Positions 9,039 to 17,379 of a DNA stretch of 32,000 nucleotides are shown here, one piece after another. The notes under the pieces are model-generated. The model did not search any database and had not been told where the DNA came from. It saw only the letters and a list, made by a program, of their open reading frames with translations. The DNA is taken from assembly GCF_900187275.1 (NCBI RefSeq), contig NZ_LT906458.1, positions 1,350,001 through 1,382,000 of the forward strand, written 5' to 3'. The stretch comes from Pasteurella multocida (lineage in GTDB: Bacteria; Pseudomonadota; Gammaproteobacteria; Enterobacterales; Pasteurellaceae). Numbering within the stretch: the first letter of the stretch is position 1; every line of letters begins with the position of its first letter. A program made the translations under genes and the position numbers.

Positions 9039-9071
9039 ACCGCACTGATCGTCATAACCTCAAAGTGCGGT
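9039..9071. repeat. Inverted USS pair forming an intercistronic stem-loop between nrfA and nrfB
   Basis: ACCGCACT (9039-9046; an 8/9 USS) pairs perfectly with AGTGCGGT (9064-9071; part of a perfect USS at 9063-9071). The loop is 17 nt. Confidence 0.5.
9063..9071 (+). repeat. Hin-type uptake signal sequence core
   Basis: Exact AAGTGCGGT followed by CATTTTT, in the nrfA-nrfB spacer. Confidence 0.8.
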
Positions 9072-9092
9072 CATTTTTGACAAAGTTTCTGT

Positions 9093-10571
9093 TTATTTCT
9101 CCGCAGGAAGTAAGCCTTTTTCACGGGCTTCTTTATCCCATTGAGGAACAACAGTTTTGAGGAATTCGGCTTTTGCCTTACGTTCTTTTTCAATATCCAC
9201 GCCTGTCGCTTTCCACGCATTTTCTGCCGTTGAAATATCTGGCAATTGCACAGGATCGGTAATGCCATGTTTGGCTAAGACACGCACTAATTTAGTTCTG
9301 GCATCAGCGGATTTATCCAAGCCTGTCCCAATCACTTTCAACAACACATCTGGTGCATGAATATGTCCACCATGTCCTGCTGCTGCATAATCCCAACGCC
9401 ATTGCGCATGACGGATATCTTGCAATGCCTCTTTCATTTCTTCTTTGGTCGCGCCGGCTTCCCAAGCTGCTTTCGCTTCAAAGTGTGCGGCAACCAATTG
9501 ATCTTCAAGACGTAACATCACATCTTTAATTTCGGTTTTACGTGATTTGACCATTGCTTGTAATTTTTCTTTGCTTTGGTCATGGCAGTTTGCACAAGTG
9601 TGTTCAAAGGCATTAAAAGGGTTACCGATTTGATGGTCAGTATAGACTTTACCGTCTGCGCCCTGTACTTTTGGCATATGGCAGTCAATACAAGTCACTC
9701 CATTTTTACCATGCACACCGAGCATCCAGGTTTCATAATCAGGGTGTTGTGCTTTTAACATTGGTGCTTTCGAAACAGCATGTGTCCAATCCACAAAACC
9801 GATGTCATCGTAATATTTCTCCATGGCGTCCACGGTGATACCGTTATCCCATGGAAACGTCACTTGTTTTAAATCACCCGCGAAATAGTATTCCACATGA
9901 CAGTTTGCACACAATGCAGCACGCTGATCTGTCCGGTCTGAGGTATCAAATTTATGATCAATTTTTTCTAAGGCACGTAACACGTAAGGACGCGCAATAC
10001 GTAAGGCAGGTTTGCCTTCCGCAAAGTCTTTTGAGGTGGTGTCATGACAATCTGCGCAGCCAATCGGGTTCACGACTTCTGAACCACCACTTGCCCATGT
10101 TGCCCCAAAATAACCCGCTTCACCGCGCTCAGCAATTAAGCGAGGCACATCGGGACTTTTACAAGACCAACATGCCATTGGCATTGGACCCGCATCAGGC
10201 GTCATAGGCGCTGCTGTACGTAAAATTTCTCTCACATCGGTTACCGCGTAGAAGTGTCCACGTGGTTTTTTATAATCTTTGGCAAACGCATAGCCTGCCC
10301 ATAGTACAATCACGCGAGGATCTTCATAGTTAACCGAATCAAGATCCGTCGATTTTGAGGTATCCGCCCAAGTTTGATATTGCTTTGGATATTTTTCTTT
10401 GAACAAATCGTTACGCGATTCAATTTTTAAACTTGGATTTGCTGGCTCAACCGGTTGTTCAATCGGTTTATATTCCGCTAGAACGGGCAATGTCACTGAG
10501 AGTCCCCAGATCATTGTCGTTGCAACGAATAAGCGTTTTTTCAATGTGTTCACGATAATCACTCCATTCAT
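9093..10571 (-). CDS. nrfA: NrfA, cytochrome c552 pentaheme nitrite reductase
   Basis: 492 aa with the diagnostic CWSCK (CXXCK) active-site heme motif plus four CXXCH motifs (CADCH, CANCH, CIDCH, CANCH). A signal peptide is present. An alternative GTG start at 10553 has a better-placed GGAG than the ATG at 10571. Confidence 0.95.
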   Translation of the reverse strand: MNGVIIVNTLKKRLFVATTMIWGLSVTLPVLAEYKPIEQPVEPANPSLKIESRNDLFKEKYPKQYQTWADTSKSTDLDSVNYEDPRVIVLWAGYAFAKDYKKPRGHFYAVTDVREILRTAAPMTPDAGPMPMACWSCKSPDVPRLIAERGEAGYFGATWASGGSEVVNPIGCADCHDTTSKDFAEGKPALRIARPYVLRALEKIDHKFDTSDRTDQRAALCANCHVEYYFAGDLKQVTFPWDNGITVDAMEKYYDDIGFVDWTHAVSKAPMLKAQHPDYETWMLGVHGKNGVTCIDCHMPKVQGADGKVYTDHQIGNPFNAFEHTCANCHDQSKEKLQAMVKSRKTEIKDVMLRLEDQLVAAHFEAKAAWEAGATKEEMKEALQDIRHAQWRWDYAAAGHGGHIHAPDVLLKVIGTGLDKSADARTKLVRVLAKHGITDPVQLPDISTAENAWKATGVDIEKERKAKAEFLKTVVPQWDKEAREKGLLPAEK

Positions 10572-10643
10572 AGATTTAAACTTTAAATCACTTTGCCTAT
10601 ATAAAATGAATAAAAAAAACGACCAGACCTGCTCATCATCCTA

Positions 10644-10662
10644 AATGATAATTTTTATCATT
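10644..10662. promoter_or_regulatory. Near-consensus Fur box upstream of nrfA
   Basis: AATGATAATTTTTATCATT compares with the Fur 19-mer AATGATAATnATTATCATT, with one mismatch in 18 specified positions. The core TGATAAT-T-TTTATCA is at 10646-10660. It is centred 82 bp upstream of the nrfA ATG. Confidence 0.6.
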
Positions 10663-10977
10663 AAAAACAACTAGCTAGCTGATAAAAAGAGAGTTCCTTA
10701 ATGTCGAAAAATAGCAAATAACCATACTTTTTGCTGAGGTATTTCGCACTTTTTTGCGCTTGATCAAAATTTCATTCAGAAAGCAATCAAAAATGGAAAT
10801 GTGTAGCATATAAAATACCTCTAAATAAGTAGAAAAAAGCCTTAAAACCCAAATAAGAAAGGCGTTTAGGTAACAATTTTGGTGAGAAACGAAAAAGATA
10901 CCCATTTAGAGTTATTTGATAACAATGCTACATAAAAAAGAAAAGAGAGGGGATAAAATAATATAACTAAAAGCAAT

Positions 10978-11003
10978 AAAAAATGTCCCCTCATCAAGGG
11001 GAC
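10978..11003 (-). terminator. Rho-independent terminator of the Protein-E-like gene
   Basis: GTCCCCT (10985-10991) pairs with AGGGGAC (10997-11003) around a 5-nt loop. On the minus strand the stem is followed by ATTTTTTATT. Confidence 0.7.
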
Positions 11004-11033
11004 ACTGTTTCATTAATTCTCCGTGAATGCCTA

Positions 11034-11510
11034 TTAATTTCGATAAATCCCTTTACAAATGACTTGTCCGAGAATCTTGTGTGGCGAGTGCATATAATGT
11101 TTTGCTAAAGAAAGATGCTGTATTTGGGTCGATGACGCCTCGCCTTTTCCCCAAAAATCTGCATGATAGGTCGCGCTGACTAAGGCTAAACCATGACTTT
11201 CACAATTGACAAAATACACTTGTCGCAATGATTTCGCATAACGTTCGGGCTGCTCAGGATAAGCATAAACGGCTTTTTCAAAATTCTCTACAACATCAAA
11301 ATGCACTTGGTTTGGATTTAAAGGATCTTTTTTCACACGCTGCGCATCAATAAATTGATTAGGATTTTGTTCTAGTCTGACAAAACCAGACTCAATGAGT
11401 GTAGGCAAAGTCAATACAATTTCTGGTGGTTGTGGTTTCTCGACAGGCACAGGCGCGTTACAAGCAACTAAGCCAAACATGCTGATCATCATAAATCCCC
11501 ATTTCTTCAT
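11034..11510 (-). CDS. pe: Lipoprotein resembling Haemophilus surface adhesin Protein E (PE family)
   Basis: I place the start at the ATG at 11510 (AAGGAG 6 nt upstream). The ORF-track start at 11528 is a GTG. MKKWGFMMISMFGLVAC carries a lipobox. SGFVRL...QVHFDVVENFEKAVYAYPEQPERYAKSLRQVYFVNCESH...DFWGKG...VICKGIY parallels NTHi PE (SGYIRL...IVHFDAVVNLDKGLYVYPEPKRYARSVRQYKILNCANY...EFWGQG...IICANYG) as I recall it. Length is similar (158 vs 160 aa) and both Cys residues are conserved. Confidence 0.6.
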   Translation of the reverse strand: MKKWGFMMISMFGLVACNAPVPVEKPQPPEIVLTLPTLIESGFVRLEQNPNQFIDAQRVKKDPLNPNQVHFDVVENFEKAVYAYPEQPERYAKSLRQVYFVNCESHGLALVSATYHADFWGKGEASSTQIQHLSLAKHYMHSPHKILGQVICKGIYRN

Positions 11511-11678
11511 TACTGACTCCTTTGACACTACCTGCGAGTGCTTTGCGAGATAAAAAAGTACACATTGATACGATGCCCACTATTCTAACGAGAGAAACAA
11601 AGGAGCAAAAGCCTTTTTATCGCTTTTTATTGTGCAAAAGACAAAACAACCTGACGCGTAAAAATTCTTAAACAACTA

Positions 11679-11694
11679 TCGCAAACGTTTGCTT
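11679..11694. promoter_or_regulatory. PurR operator (PUR box) in the purMN promoter
   Basis: TCGCAAACGTTTGCTT contains the perfect palindrome GCAAACGTTTGC, matching the PurR consensus ACGCAAACGTTTGCGT. It lies just upstream of a TACAAT -10 element. Confidence 0.75.
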
Positions 11695-11702
11695 AGGCAT
11701 GC

Positions 11703-11708
11703 TACAAT
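11703..11708 (+). promoter_or_regulatory. -10 hexamer of the purMN promoter
   Basis: TACAAT lies 44 nt upstream of the purM GTG start, with the PurR box in the -35 region. Confidence 0.5.
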
Positions 11709-11752
11709 TTAGCAGATTTAAATTTATTTTCTCTAACTTATAGGAAATCATT

Positions 11753-12790
11753 GTGAGCAAACAATCATTAAGTTACAAAGATGCTGGCGTTGATATCAAT
11801 GCCGGTAATGCTTTAGTCGAAAAAATCAAAGCCGATGTCAAACGCACAACCCGCCCTGAAGTCATCGGTGGCCTAGGCGGTTTTGGTGCTTTATGTGCGA
11901 TACCAACAAAATACAAAGAACCGATTTTAGTTTCTGGCACAGATGGTGTGGGAACCAAACTGCGTTTAGCGATTGATTTAAATCGTCATGATAGTATTGG
12001 TATTGATTTGGTCGCGATGTGTGTTAATGACCTTGTAGTACAAGGCGCAGAACCGTTATTCTTTTTAGATTATTATGCTACCGGTAAATTAGATGTGGAT
12101 GTTGCTGCCAGTGTAATTAGAGGCATTGCTAACGGTTGTGAACAATCTGGCTGTGCATTGGTAGGGGGAGAAACCGCTGAAATGCCGGGAATGTATCATG
12201 CTGGTGATTATGACTTAGCAGGATTTTGTGTCGGTGTCGTCGAAAAGTCAGAGATCATTGATGGCAGTAAAGTCCGCGTAGGTGACGTATTAATCGCCTT
12301 AGGATCAAGTGGTCCACATTCAAATGGTTATTCTTTAATTCGTAAGGTCATTGAGGTAGCAGGCATCAATCCAGCAGAAGAACAACTCGCAGGTAAACCA
12401 CTTGCGGATCAAGTGCTTGCATCAACTAAAATTTATGTCAAATCTATTCTACAATTAATTAAACACGCCGATGTCCATGCAATTTGTCATTTAACTGGCG
12501 GTGGTTTCTGGGAAAATATTCCACGTGTCCTTCCAAAAAATGTTAAAGCTGTCATCGATGAAAGCAGCTGGGAATGGCAACCTGTCTTCAAATGGTTACA
12601 AGAAAAAGGCAATATTGACACCCATGAAATGTATCGTACCTTCAACTGTGGCGTGGGCATGATTATTGCATTACCACAAGAAGATGTGGATACGGCACTT
12701 GGCTTATTAAAACAAACAGGTGAAAAAGCTTGGGTCATTGGTCAAATTGAACACGCCACTGATGGCGAAGAACAAGTGATTATTCGCTAA
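11753..12790 (+). CDS. purM: Phosphoribosylformylglycinamidine cyclo-ligase (AIR synthetase)
   Basis: 345 aa starting at a GTG. The N-terminus [14 protein letters not shown] and the rest of the protein are collinear with PurM. Confidence 0.95.
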   Translation: MSKQSLSYKDAGVDINAGNALVEKIKADVKRTTRPEVIGGLGGFGALCAIPTKYKEPILVSGTDGVGTKLRLAIDLNRHDSIGIDLVAMCVNDLVVQGAEPLFFLDYYATGKLDVDVAASVIRGIANGCEQSGCALVGGETAEMPGMYHAGDYDLAGFCVGVVEKSEIIDGSKVRVGDVLIALGSSGPHSNGYSLIRKVIEVAGINPAEEQLAGKPLADQVLASTKIYVKSILQLIKHADVHAICHLTGGGFWENIPRVLPKNVKAVIDESSWEWQPVFKWLQEKGNIDTHEMYRTFNCGVGMIIALPQEDVDTALGLLKQTGEKAWVIGQIEHATDGEEQVIIR

Positions 12791-13431
12791 TGAAAAAAAT
12801 TGTTGTTTTAGTGTCAGGACATGGCAGTAATTTACAGGCATTAATCGATGCCTGTCATAGCGGACAGATTGCAGGTAAAATCGTTGCTGTCATCAGTAAT
12901 CAAGCGGAAGCTTATGCTTTAGAGCGAGCTCAAAGCGCGTCCATTCCAAGTAAAGTGTTTTTACGCAAAGATTTTGCTAATAACCGCGCTATGGATGAGC
13001 AAATTGGTCATTATATTGAATCTGTCCAAGCCGATTTGATCGTACTCGCAGGCTATATGAAAATTTTAAGTCCTGCGTTTACTCAACGTTTTGCTGGCAA
13101 AATTCTCAATATTCATCCTTCGCTTCTCCCTAAATACCCGGGTCTCAATACTTATCAGCAAGCCCTCGATGCAGGTGAGCGCGAACATGGTACCTCAGTC
13201 CATTTTGTGAATGAAGAGGTGGATGCAGGTGCCGTCATTTTACAAGCGAAAGTGCCTATCTTTGCTGAAGACCGTATTAAAGACATTGAGCAACGTGTCA
13301 AAGCGCAAGAGTTACGCATTTATCCTTTAGTCGTCAAATGGTTTGTAGAGGAACGTTTAACGTTGATCGGTGAACATGCTTTCCTTGATGGCAAACAATT
13401 GCCCCCACAAGGGTATGCGATGGAAGAATAA
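12790..13431 (+). CDS. purN: Phosphoribosylglycinamide formyltransferase
   Basis: 213 aa. VLVSGHGSNLQALID and NIHPSLLPKYPGLNT are PurN signature blocks. Its ATG overlaps the purM stop (TAATG). Confidence 0.95.
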   Translation: MKKIVVLVSGHGSNLQALIDACHSGQIAGKIVAVISNQAEAYALERAQSASIPSKVFLRKDFANNRAMDEQIGHYIESVQADLIVLAGYMKILSPAFTQRFAGKILNIHPSLLPKYPGLNTYQQALDAGEREHGTSVHFVNEEVDAGAVILQAKVPIFAEDRIKDIEQRVKAQELRIYPLVVKWFVEERLTLIGEHAFLDGKQLPPQGYAMEE

Positions 13432-13443
13432 ATTGTTTAAAAA

Positions 13444-13452
13444 AAGTGCGGT
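13444..13452 (+). repeat. Hin-type uptake signal sequence core
   Basis: Exact AAGTGCGGT, part of the purMN terminator. Confidence 0.8.
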
Positions 13453-13473
13453 CTGTTTTCAGACCGTTTTTTT
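13448..13473 (+). terminator. Rho-independent terminator of purMN (USS-containing)
   Basis: CGGTCTG (13449-13455) pairs with CAGACCG (13460-13466) around a TTTT loop, followed by T7 (13467-13473). The left arm is part of the USS at 13444-13452. Confidence 0.8.
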
Positions 13474-13532
13474 ATGCTTAAAAAATATAAAATTAGCCAA
13501 GTCTCTAACTATCAATTTTTTAGATTATGTTT

Positions 13533-13555
13533 TAAAATTTAATGATTTTATTTTT
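13533..13555 (+). promoter_or_regulatory. Candidate upp promoter -10 element plus a T-rich initially transcribed region
   Basis: TAAAAT (13533-13538), then 5 nt, then GATTTTATTTTT (13544-13555). The layout resembles the E. coli upp promoter TATAAT-5 nt-GATTTTTTTTG as I recall it. Confidence 0.35.
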
Positions 13556-13578
13556 CACCCACCCAAAAGGAGCCTACC

Positions 13579-14205
13579 ATGAAATTAGTCCAAGTACAGC
13601 ATCCGCTGGTCAAACATAAATTAGGTCTAATGCGTTCAGCTGAGATTAATACGAAAAAATTCCGCGAATTAGCAACAGAAGTAGGCAGTTTATTAACATA
13701 CGAGGCTACCGCTGACTTAGAAACAGAAAAAGTGATCATTGATGGTTGGTGCGGTCCCGTCGAAATTGATCAAATTAAAGGGAAAAAAGTCACTGTTGTT
13801 CCTATTTTACGAGCAGGATTAGGGATGATGGACGGGGTTTTAGAACATGTGCCAAGCGCCCGTATTAGCGTCGTGGGGATGTATCGTGATGAAGAAACCC
13901 TTGAACCTGTTCCCTATTTCCAAAAACTCGCCAGTGATTTAGAAGAACGCTTAGCTATTGTGGTTGACCCAATGCTTGCCACCGGCGGCTCTATGATTGC
14001 GACAATCGATCTTCTAAAAGCGAAAGGCTGTAAACACATTAAAGTGCTCGTGTTAGTCGCCGCGCCTGAAGGCATTAAAGCATTAGAAGCTGCGCACCCT
14101 GATATCGAATTATATACCGCATCAGTTGATAGTCACTTAAATGAACAAGGCTATATTATTCCAGGTCTTGGTGATGCCGGTGATAAAATTTTTGGCACTA
14201 AATAA
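13579..14205 (+). CDS. upp: Uracil phosphoribosyltransferase
   Basis: 208 aa. [19 protein letters not shown] and the PRPP-binding block [11 protein letters not shown] are characteristic. An AAAGGAG RBS is present. Confidence 0.95.
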   Translation: MKLVQVQHPLVKHKLGLMRSAEINTKKFRELATEVGSLLTYEATADLETEKVIIDGWCGPVEIDQIKGKKVTVVPILRAGLGMMDGVLEHVPSARISVVGMYRDEETLEPVPYFQKLASDLEERLAIVVDPMLATGGSMIATIDLLKAKGCKHIKVLVLVAAPEGIKALEAAHPDIELYTASVDSHLNEQGYIIPGLGDAGDKIFGTK

Positions 14206-14216
14206 TCCCAACACAA

Positions 14217-14239
14217 GCGGCATCTTATGCCGCTTTTTT
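14217..14239 (+). terminator. Rho-independent terminator after upp
   Basis: GCGGCAT (14217-14223) pairs with ATGCCGC (14227-14233) around a CTT loop, followed by T6 (14234-14239). Confidence 0.8.
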
Positions 14240-14324
14240 CCGTTCAATTTATAGCGCTTACAATCTTAACAGCTTGAACACTATAAAATGAAAAGTTAAT
14301 TCAGACAGAGAGTTGAAACTTAAC

Positions 14325-15578
14325 ATGACAAATCAAAATCCCCCTGTTCTTCTAGAACAAAATCACGCAAAACAAGCCTTCGTTGGGCTACAAATGCTTT
14401 TTGTTGCCTTCGGTGCTTTAGTCCTTGTTCCCCTGATTACGGGTTTAAATGCCAATACTGCCTTATTGACCGCAGGGATTGGGACACTCTTATTCCAACT
14501 TTGTACTGGACGCCAAGTCCCAATTTTCTTAGCCTCTTCCTTTGCTTTTATTGCACCAATTCAATATGGCGTGGCAACATGGGGCATTGCTACTACTATG
14601 GGGGGGCTGGTGTTTACTGGACTGGTTTATTTTGCCCTCAGTACGTTAGTCAAAATTAAAGGTGCTGGTGCTTTACAAAAAGTCTTTCCGCCAGTAGTTG
14701 TTGGTCCCGTTATTATCATCATCGGTATGGGACTTGCCCCTGTTGCCGTGGACATGGCATTAGGTAAAAACAGCACTTATCAATATAACGATGCCGTATT
14801 CGTTTCGATGGCAACATTATTGACAACGTTAGGTGTTGCGGTGTTTGCTAAAGGCATGATGAAATTAATTCCTATCATGTTTGGTATTGTCGTCGGCTAT
14901 ATCCTCTGCTTATTCTTAGGCTTAATTAATTTCCAACCTGTCATTGATGCACCTTGGTTTAGTGTGCCAGAAATTACTACCCCTGAATTTAAATTAGAAG
15001 CTATTCTTTATTTATTACCGATTGCTATCGCCCCAGCAGTTGAGCATGTCGGTGGGATCATGGCAATCAGTTCGGTGACAGGGAAAGACTTCCTACAAAA
15101 ACCAGGATTACATCGCACTTTATTAGGGGATGGTATTGCAACGAGTGCCGCCTCATTCTTAGGAGGACCACCTAATACAACTTATGCTGAAGTCACTGGT
15201 GCTGTCATGCTTACGCGCAACTTTAACCCTAAAATCATGACATGGGCAGCCGTTTGGGCAATTGCGATTTCCTTCTGTGGTAAAGTCGGGGCTTTCCTCT
15301 CTACCATTCCAACTATTGTCATGGGTGGCATTATGATGTTAGTGTTTGGCTCTATCGCCGTAGTCGGTATGAGTACACTGATCCGTGGTAAAGTGGATGT
15401 AACAGAAGCGCGTAATCTGTGTATTATTTCCGTTGTGATGACGTTTGGCATCGGTGGTATGTTTGTGAACTTTGGAGAAGTCTCCTTAAAAGGGATTAGT
15501 TTATGCGCCGTTGTCGCGATTTTACTCAACTTAATCTTACCCAAAGCCAAAAACACCCCAATAGAAGAAAATCGATAA
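14325..15578 (+). CDS. uraA: Uracil permease (NCS2 family)
   Basis: 417 aa polytopic membrane protein with NCS2/UraA-like blocks (LGLQMLFVAFGALVLVPL, EHVGG, PNTTYAEVTGAV). I place the start at the ATG at 14325. The ORF-track start at 14313 is a TTG. Confidence 0.9.
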   Translation: MTNQNPPVLLEQNHAKQAFVGLQMLFVAFGALVLVPLITGLNANTALLTAGIGTLLFQLCTGRQVPIFLASSFAFIAPIQYGVATWGIATTMGGLVFTGLVYFALSTLVKIKGAGALQKVFPPVVVGPVIIIIGMGLAPVAVDMALGKNSTYQYNDAVFVSMATLLTTLGVAVFAKGMMKLIPIMFGIVVGYILCLFLGLINFQPVIDAPWFSVPEITTPEFKLEAILYLLPIAIAPAVEHVGGIMAISSVTGKDFLQKPGLHRTLLGDGIATSAASFLGGPPNTTYAEVTGAVMLTRNFNPKIMTWAAVWAIAISFCGKVGAFLSTIPTIVMGGIMMLVFGSIAVVGMSTLIRGKVDVTEARNLCIISVVMTFGIGGMFVNFGEVSLKGISLCAVVAILLNLILPKAKNTPIEENR

Positions 15579-15589
15579 GAGAAAATTAA

Positions 15590-15610
15590 GGGTTAAGTCT
15601 TGCTTAACCC
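15590..15610 (+). terminator. Stem-loop after uraA, a probable terminator
   Basis: GGGTTAAG (15590-15597) pairs with CTTAACCC (15603-15610), followed by the T-rich stretch TTCATTTTTCGTTT. Confidence 0.55.
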
Positions 15611-15662
15611 TTCATTTTTCGTTTATCCTTATTCTCCTTTTTTCGATTTTGTAGGTTGCTTT

Positions 15663-16364
15663 TTGTTAGAAAATTTCCAATTACCTTTGCCTATTCATCA
15701 ACTCGATGATGAAACGCTGGATAATTTCTATCCCGACAATAATTTATTGTTGCTCAATTCGCTACGCAAAAATTTTACTTGTCTAACACAACAATTTTTT
15801 TATATTTGGGGCGAGCAAAGCAGTGGTAAAAGTCACCTCTTAAAAGGCATTACTCATCATTTTTTCCTTTTACAGCGCCCCGCTATCTATGTGCCCTTAG
15901 AAAAATCCCAATATTTCTCACCGGCGGTACTCGAAAACTTAGAACAACAACAATTGGTTTGTTTAGATAATTTACAGGCAATTATAGGCAATACTGAATG
16001 GGAATTAGCGATTTTTGATTTATTTAATCGCATAAAATCTGTTGAAAATACACTGCTTGTGATCAGTGCAAATCAATCCCCAACTGCATTACCTGTAAGT
16101 TTACCTGACTTAGCTTCACGTTTACGCTGGGGAGAAAGCTATCAGCTGGTCCCCTTAAATGATCAACAAAAAATCCATGTATTGCAAAAAAATGCACATC
16201 AACGTGGTATCGAACTCCCCGATGAAGTAGCTAATTTTCTTTTGAAACGCTTAGAGCGCGATATGAAAACGTTATTTGAAGCACTAAGTAAATTAGATAA
16301 AGCATCATTACAAGCCCAACGTAAATTAACGATTCCCTTTGTAAAAGAAATTTTAAAGCTATAA
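15663..16364 (+). CDS. hda: Hda, DnaA regulatory inactivator
   Basis: The C-terminus QRKLTIPFVKEILKL is identical to E. coli Hda as I recall it. It also has the Walker-A-like GEQSSGKSHLL block and LPDLASRLRWG. No in-frame ATG exists near the 5' end. The TTG at 15663 gives 233 aa, the size of E. coli Hda. The ORF-track TTG at 15600 lies inside the uraA terminator loop. Confidence 0.85.
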   Translation: MLENFQLPLPIHQLDDETLDNFYPDNNLLLLNSLRKNFTCLTQQFFYIWGEQSSGKSHLLKGITHHFFLLQRPAIYVPLEKSQYFSPAVLENLEQQQLVCLDNLQAIIGNTEWELAIFDLFNRIKSVENTLLVISANQSPTALPVSLPDLASRLRWGESYQLVPLNDQQKIHVLQKNAHQRGIELPDEVANFLLKRLERDMKTLFEALSKLDKASLQAQRKLTIPFVKEILKL

Positions 16365-16368
16365 AAAA

Positions 16369-16393
16369 AGACCACCTCTTTATCAGGTGATCT
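16369..16393. terminator. Imperfect bidirectional stem-loop between the convergent hda and lipoprotein genes
   Basis: AGACCACCT (16369-16377) pairs with AGGTGATCT (16385-16393) with one mismatch. An A-run lies upstream and a T-rich tail downstream. Confidence 0.45.
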
Positions 16394-16418
16394 TTCTTGT
16401 CAACTAAACGTATTTTGT

Positions 16419-16721
16419 TTAGTTTGTTTTAATATAATGACGGCTATATTGATAACTTACTGTTGGTAAGAAAAGCAACGGCACTGGGTGTAATCTAGAA
16501 CGACGTTCTACGACTTTTGGCTGAGTATCACTTAAGTTAGCTTGATGCTCAACTTCTTTTGAATACGCCTGCTTTTGCGATGGGTCAACTGTATTTCCGC
16601 TTTTCACGCGTTGGTTATATTCTTCTAATGTTTTTAAATCCATTTGTGCACTTTCCACATTTTTTTGTGCGACACAACCCACAAGAAATAAAGCTGGTAA
16701 TAATAAGATTAATTTTTTCAT
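16419..16721 (-). CDS. Small lipoprotein of unknown function
   Basis: 100 aa. MKKLILLLPALFLVGC carries a lipobox (LVGC). An AAGGAA RBS lies 5 nt upstream. I recognise no family. Confidence 0.7.
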   Translation of the reverse strand: MKKLILLLPALFLVGCVAQKNVESAQMDLKTLEEYNQRVKSGNTVDPSQKQAYSKEVEHQANLSDTQPKVVERRSRLHPVPLLFLPTVSYQYSRHYIKTN

Positions 16722-16744
16722 AGATTTTCCTTAATAAACTATGC

Positions 16745-17368
16745 CTAAATGACTTTACGACATATCACATGGGATAAAATCGTTTTTCTATTTTCAATAT
16801 TTTTACTTGCTAAATTTTTCCCTTTCTTATTTTCTTCATCCTGCACTTTTTTCGCTAATTCAGGATTTTGAATATAAAAAACAGGTACATACTGCATATT
16901 TTTTGAATCTTCATTAGACAACACGGTGGCTGTTGCAATATTGGTGTAATATTCCTCTTTATTCACAGGGATCACATAATATGTTGTTGCATCAGTCACT
17001 TCCACACCTAGTCTTGAGTGGAAACCTTGGCAAATGCCTGCACCAGACTCAAAAATAGTATGCGAAGATTTCGTTTCATTAATTTGAAATACTTCAAACT
17101 CAATACTGCTTCCTAATGCTTTCGCATCTTGCTCATCTGCAGAAGGATTTAATTGACGAGTAAAATCACGATTCACATAAGTTACTTTTGTATTTTTCTC
17201 GCTCTTAGGAGAGCTTTCCAATAGAGGCATTGTGTGTTCGCTCTCTACTGTGTCATGATAACCATAAGTCCGACTCACCTCGTCCTCAGAAATACGAATA
17301 GACCAAGACTCAGCAAAAGCCAACGTTGGTAATAACAGACTTAATAAGAACGATACATTAAAACGCAT
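16745..17368 (-). CDS. Secreted/periplasmic protein of unknown function
   Basis: 207 aa with a signal peptide MRFNVSFLLSLLLPTLAFA/ES. The mature part is acidic with a Lys-rich tail and two Cys residues. Its start lies 11 nt downstream of the VOC gene stop. I recognise no family. Confidence 0.7.
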   Translation of the reverse strand: MRFNVSFLLSLLLPTLAFAESWSIRISEDEVSRTYGYHDTVESEHTMPLLESSPKSEKNTKVTYVNRDFTRQLNPSADEQDAKALGSSIEFEVFQINETKSSHTIFESGAGICQGFHSRLGVEVTDATTYYVIPVNKEEYYTNIATATVLSNEDSKNMQYVPVFYIQNPELAKKVQDEENKKGKNLASKNIENRKTILSHVICRKVI

Positions 17369-17379
17369 ATTTTCATCTC

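Noticed and set aside
10725-10741. NarP/NarL-like inverted heptamers TACTTTT-TGC-TGAGGTA
   Set aside because: The spacing is 7-3-7 rather than the required 7-2-7, and one heptamer breaks the TACYYMT rule. It is likely a chance match.
10754-10773. FNR-like half-sites around TTGATCAA upstream of nrfA
   Set aside because: The best readings are TTGAT-CAAG-CGCAA (8/10) or TTGAT-CAAA-ATTTC (7/10). They lie about 190 bp from the ATG, with no suitably spaced -10 element. I cannot support calling this an FNR site without a PWM score or comparative data.
10675-10905. 76-aa minus-strand ORF in the nrfA upstream region
   Set aside because: It has no SD sequence. The sequence is low-complexity, Phe/Leu/Ile-rich and typical of a T-rich non-coding frame. 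It lies between a terminator and the nrfA promoter, and I recognise no family.
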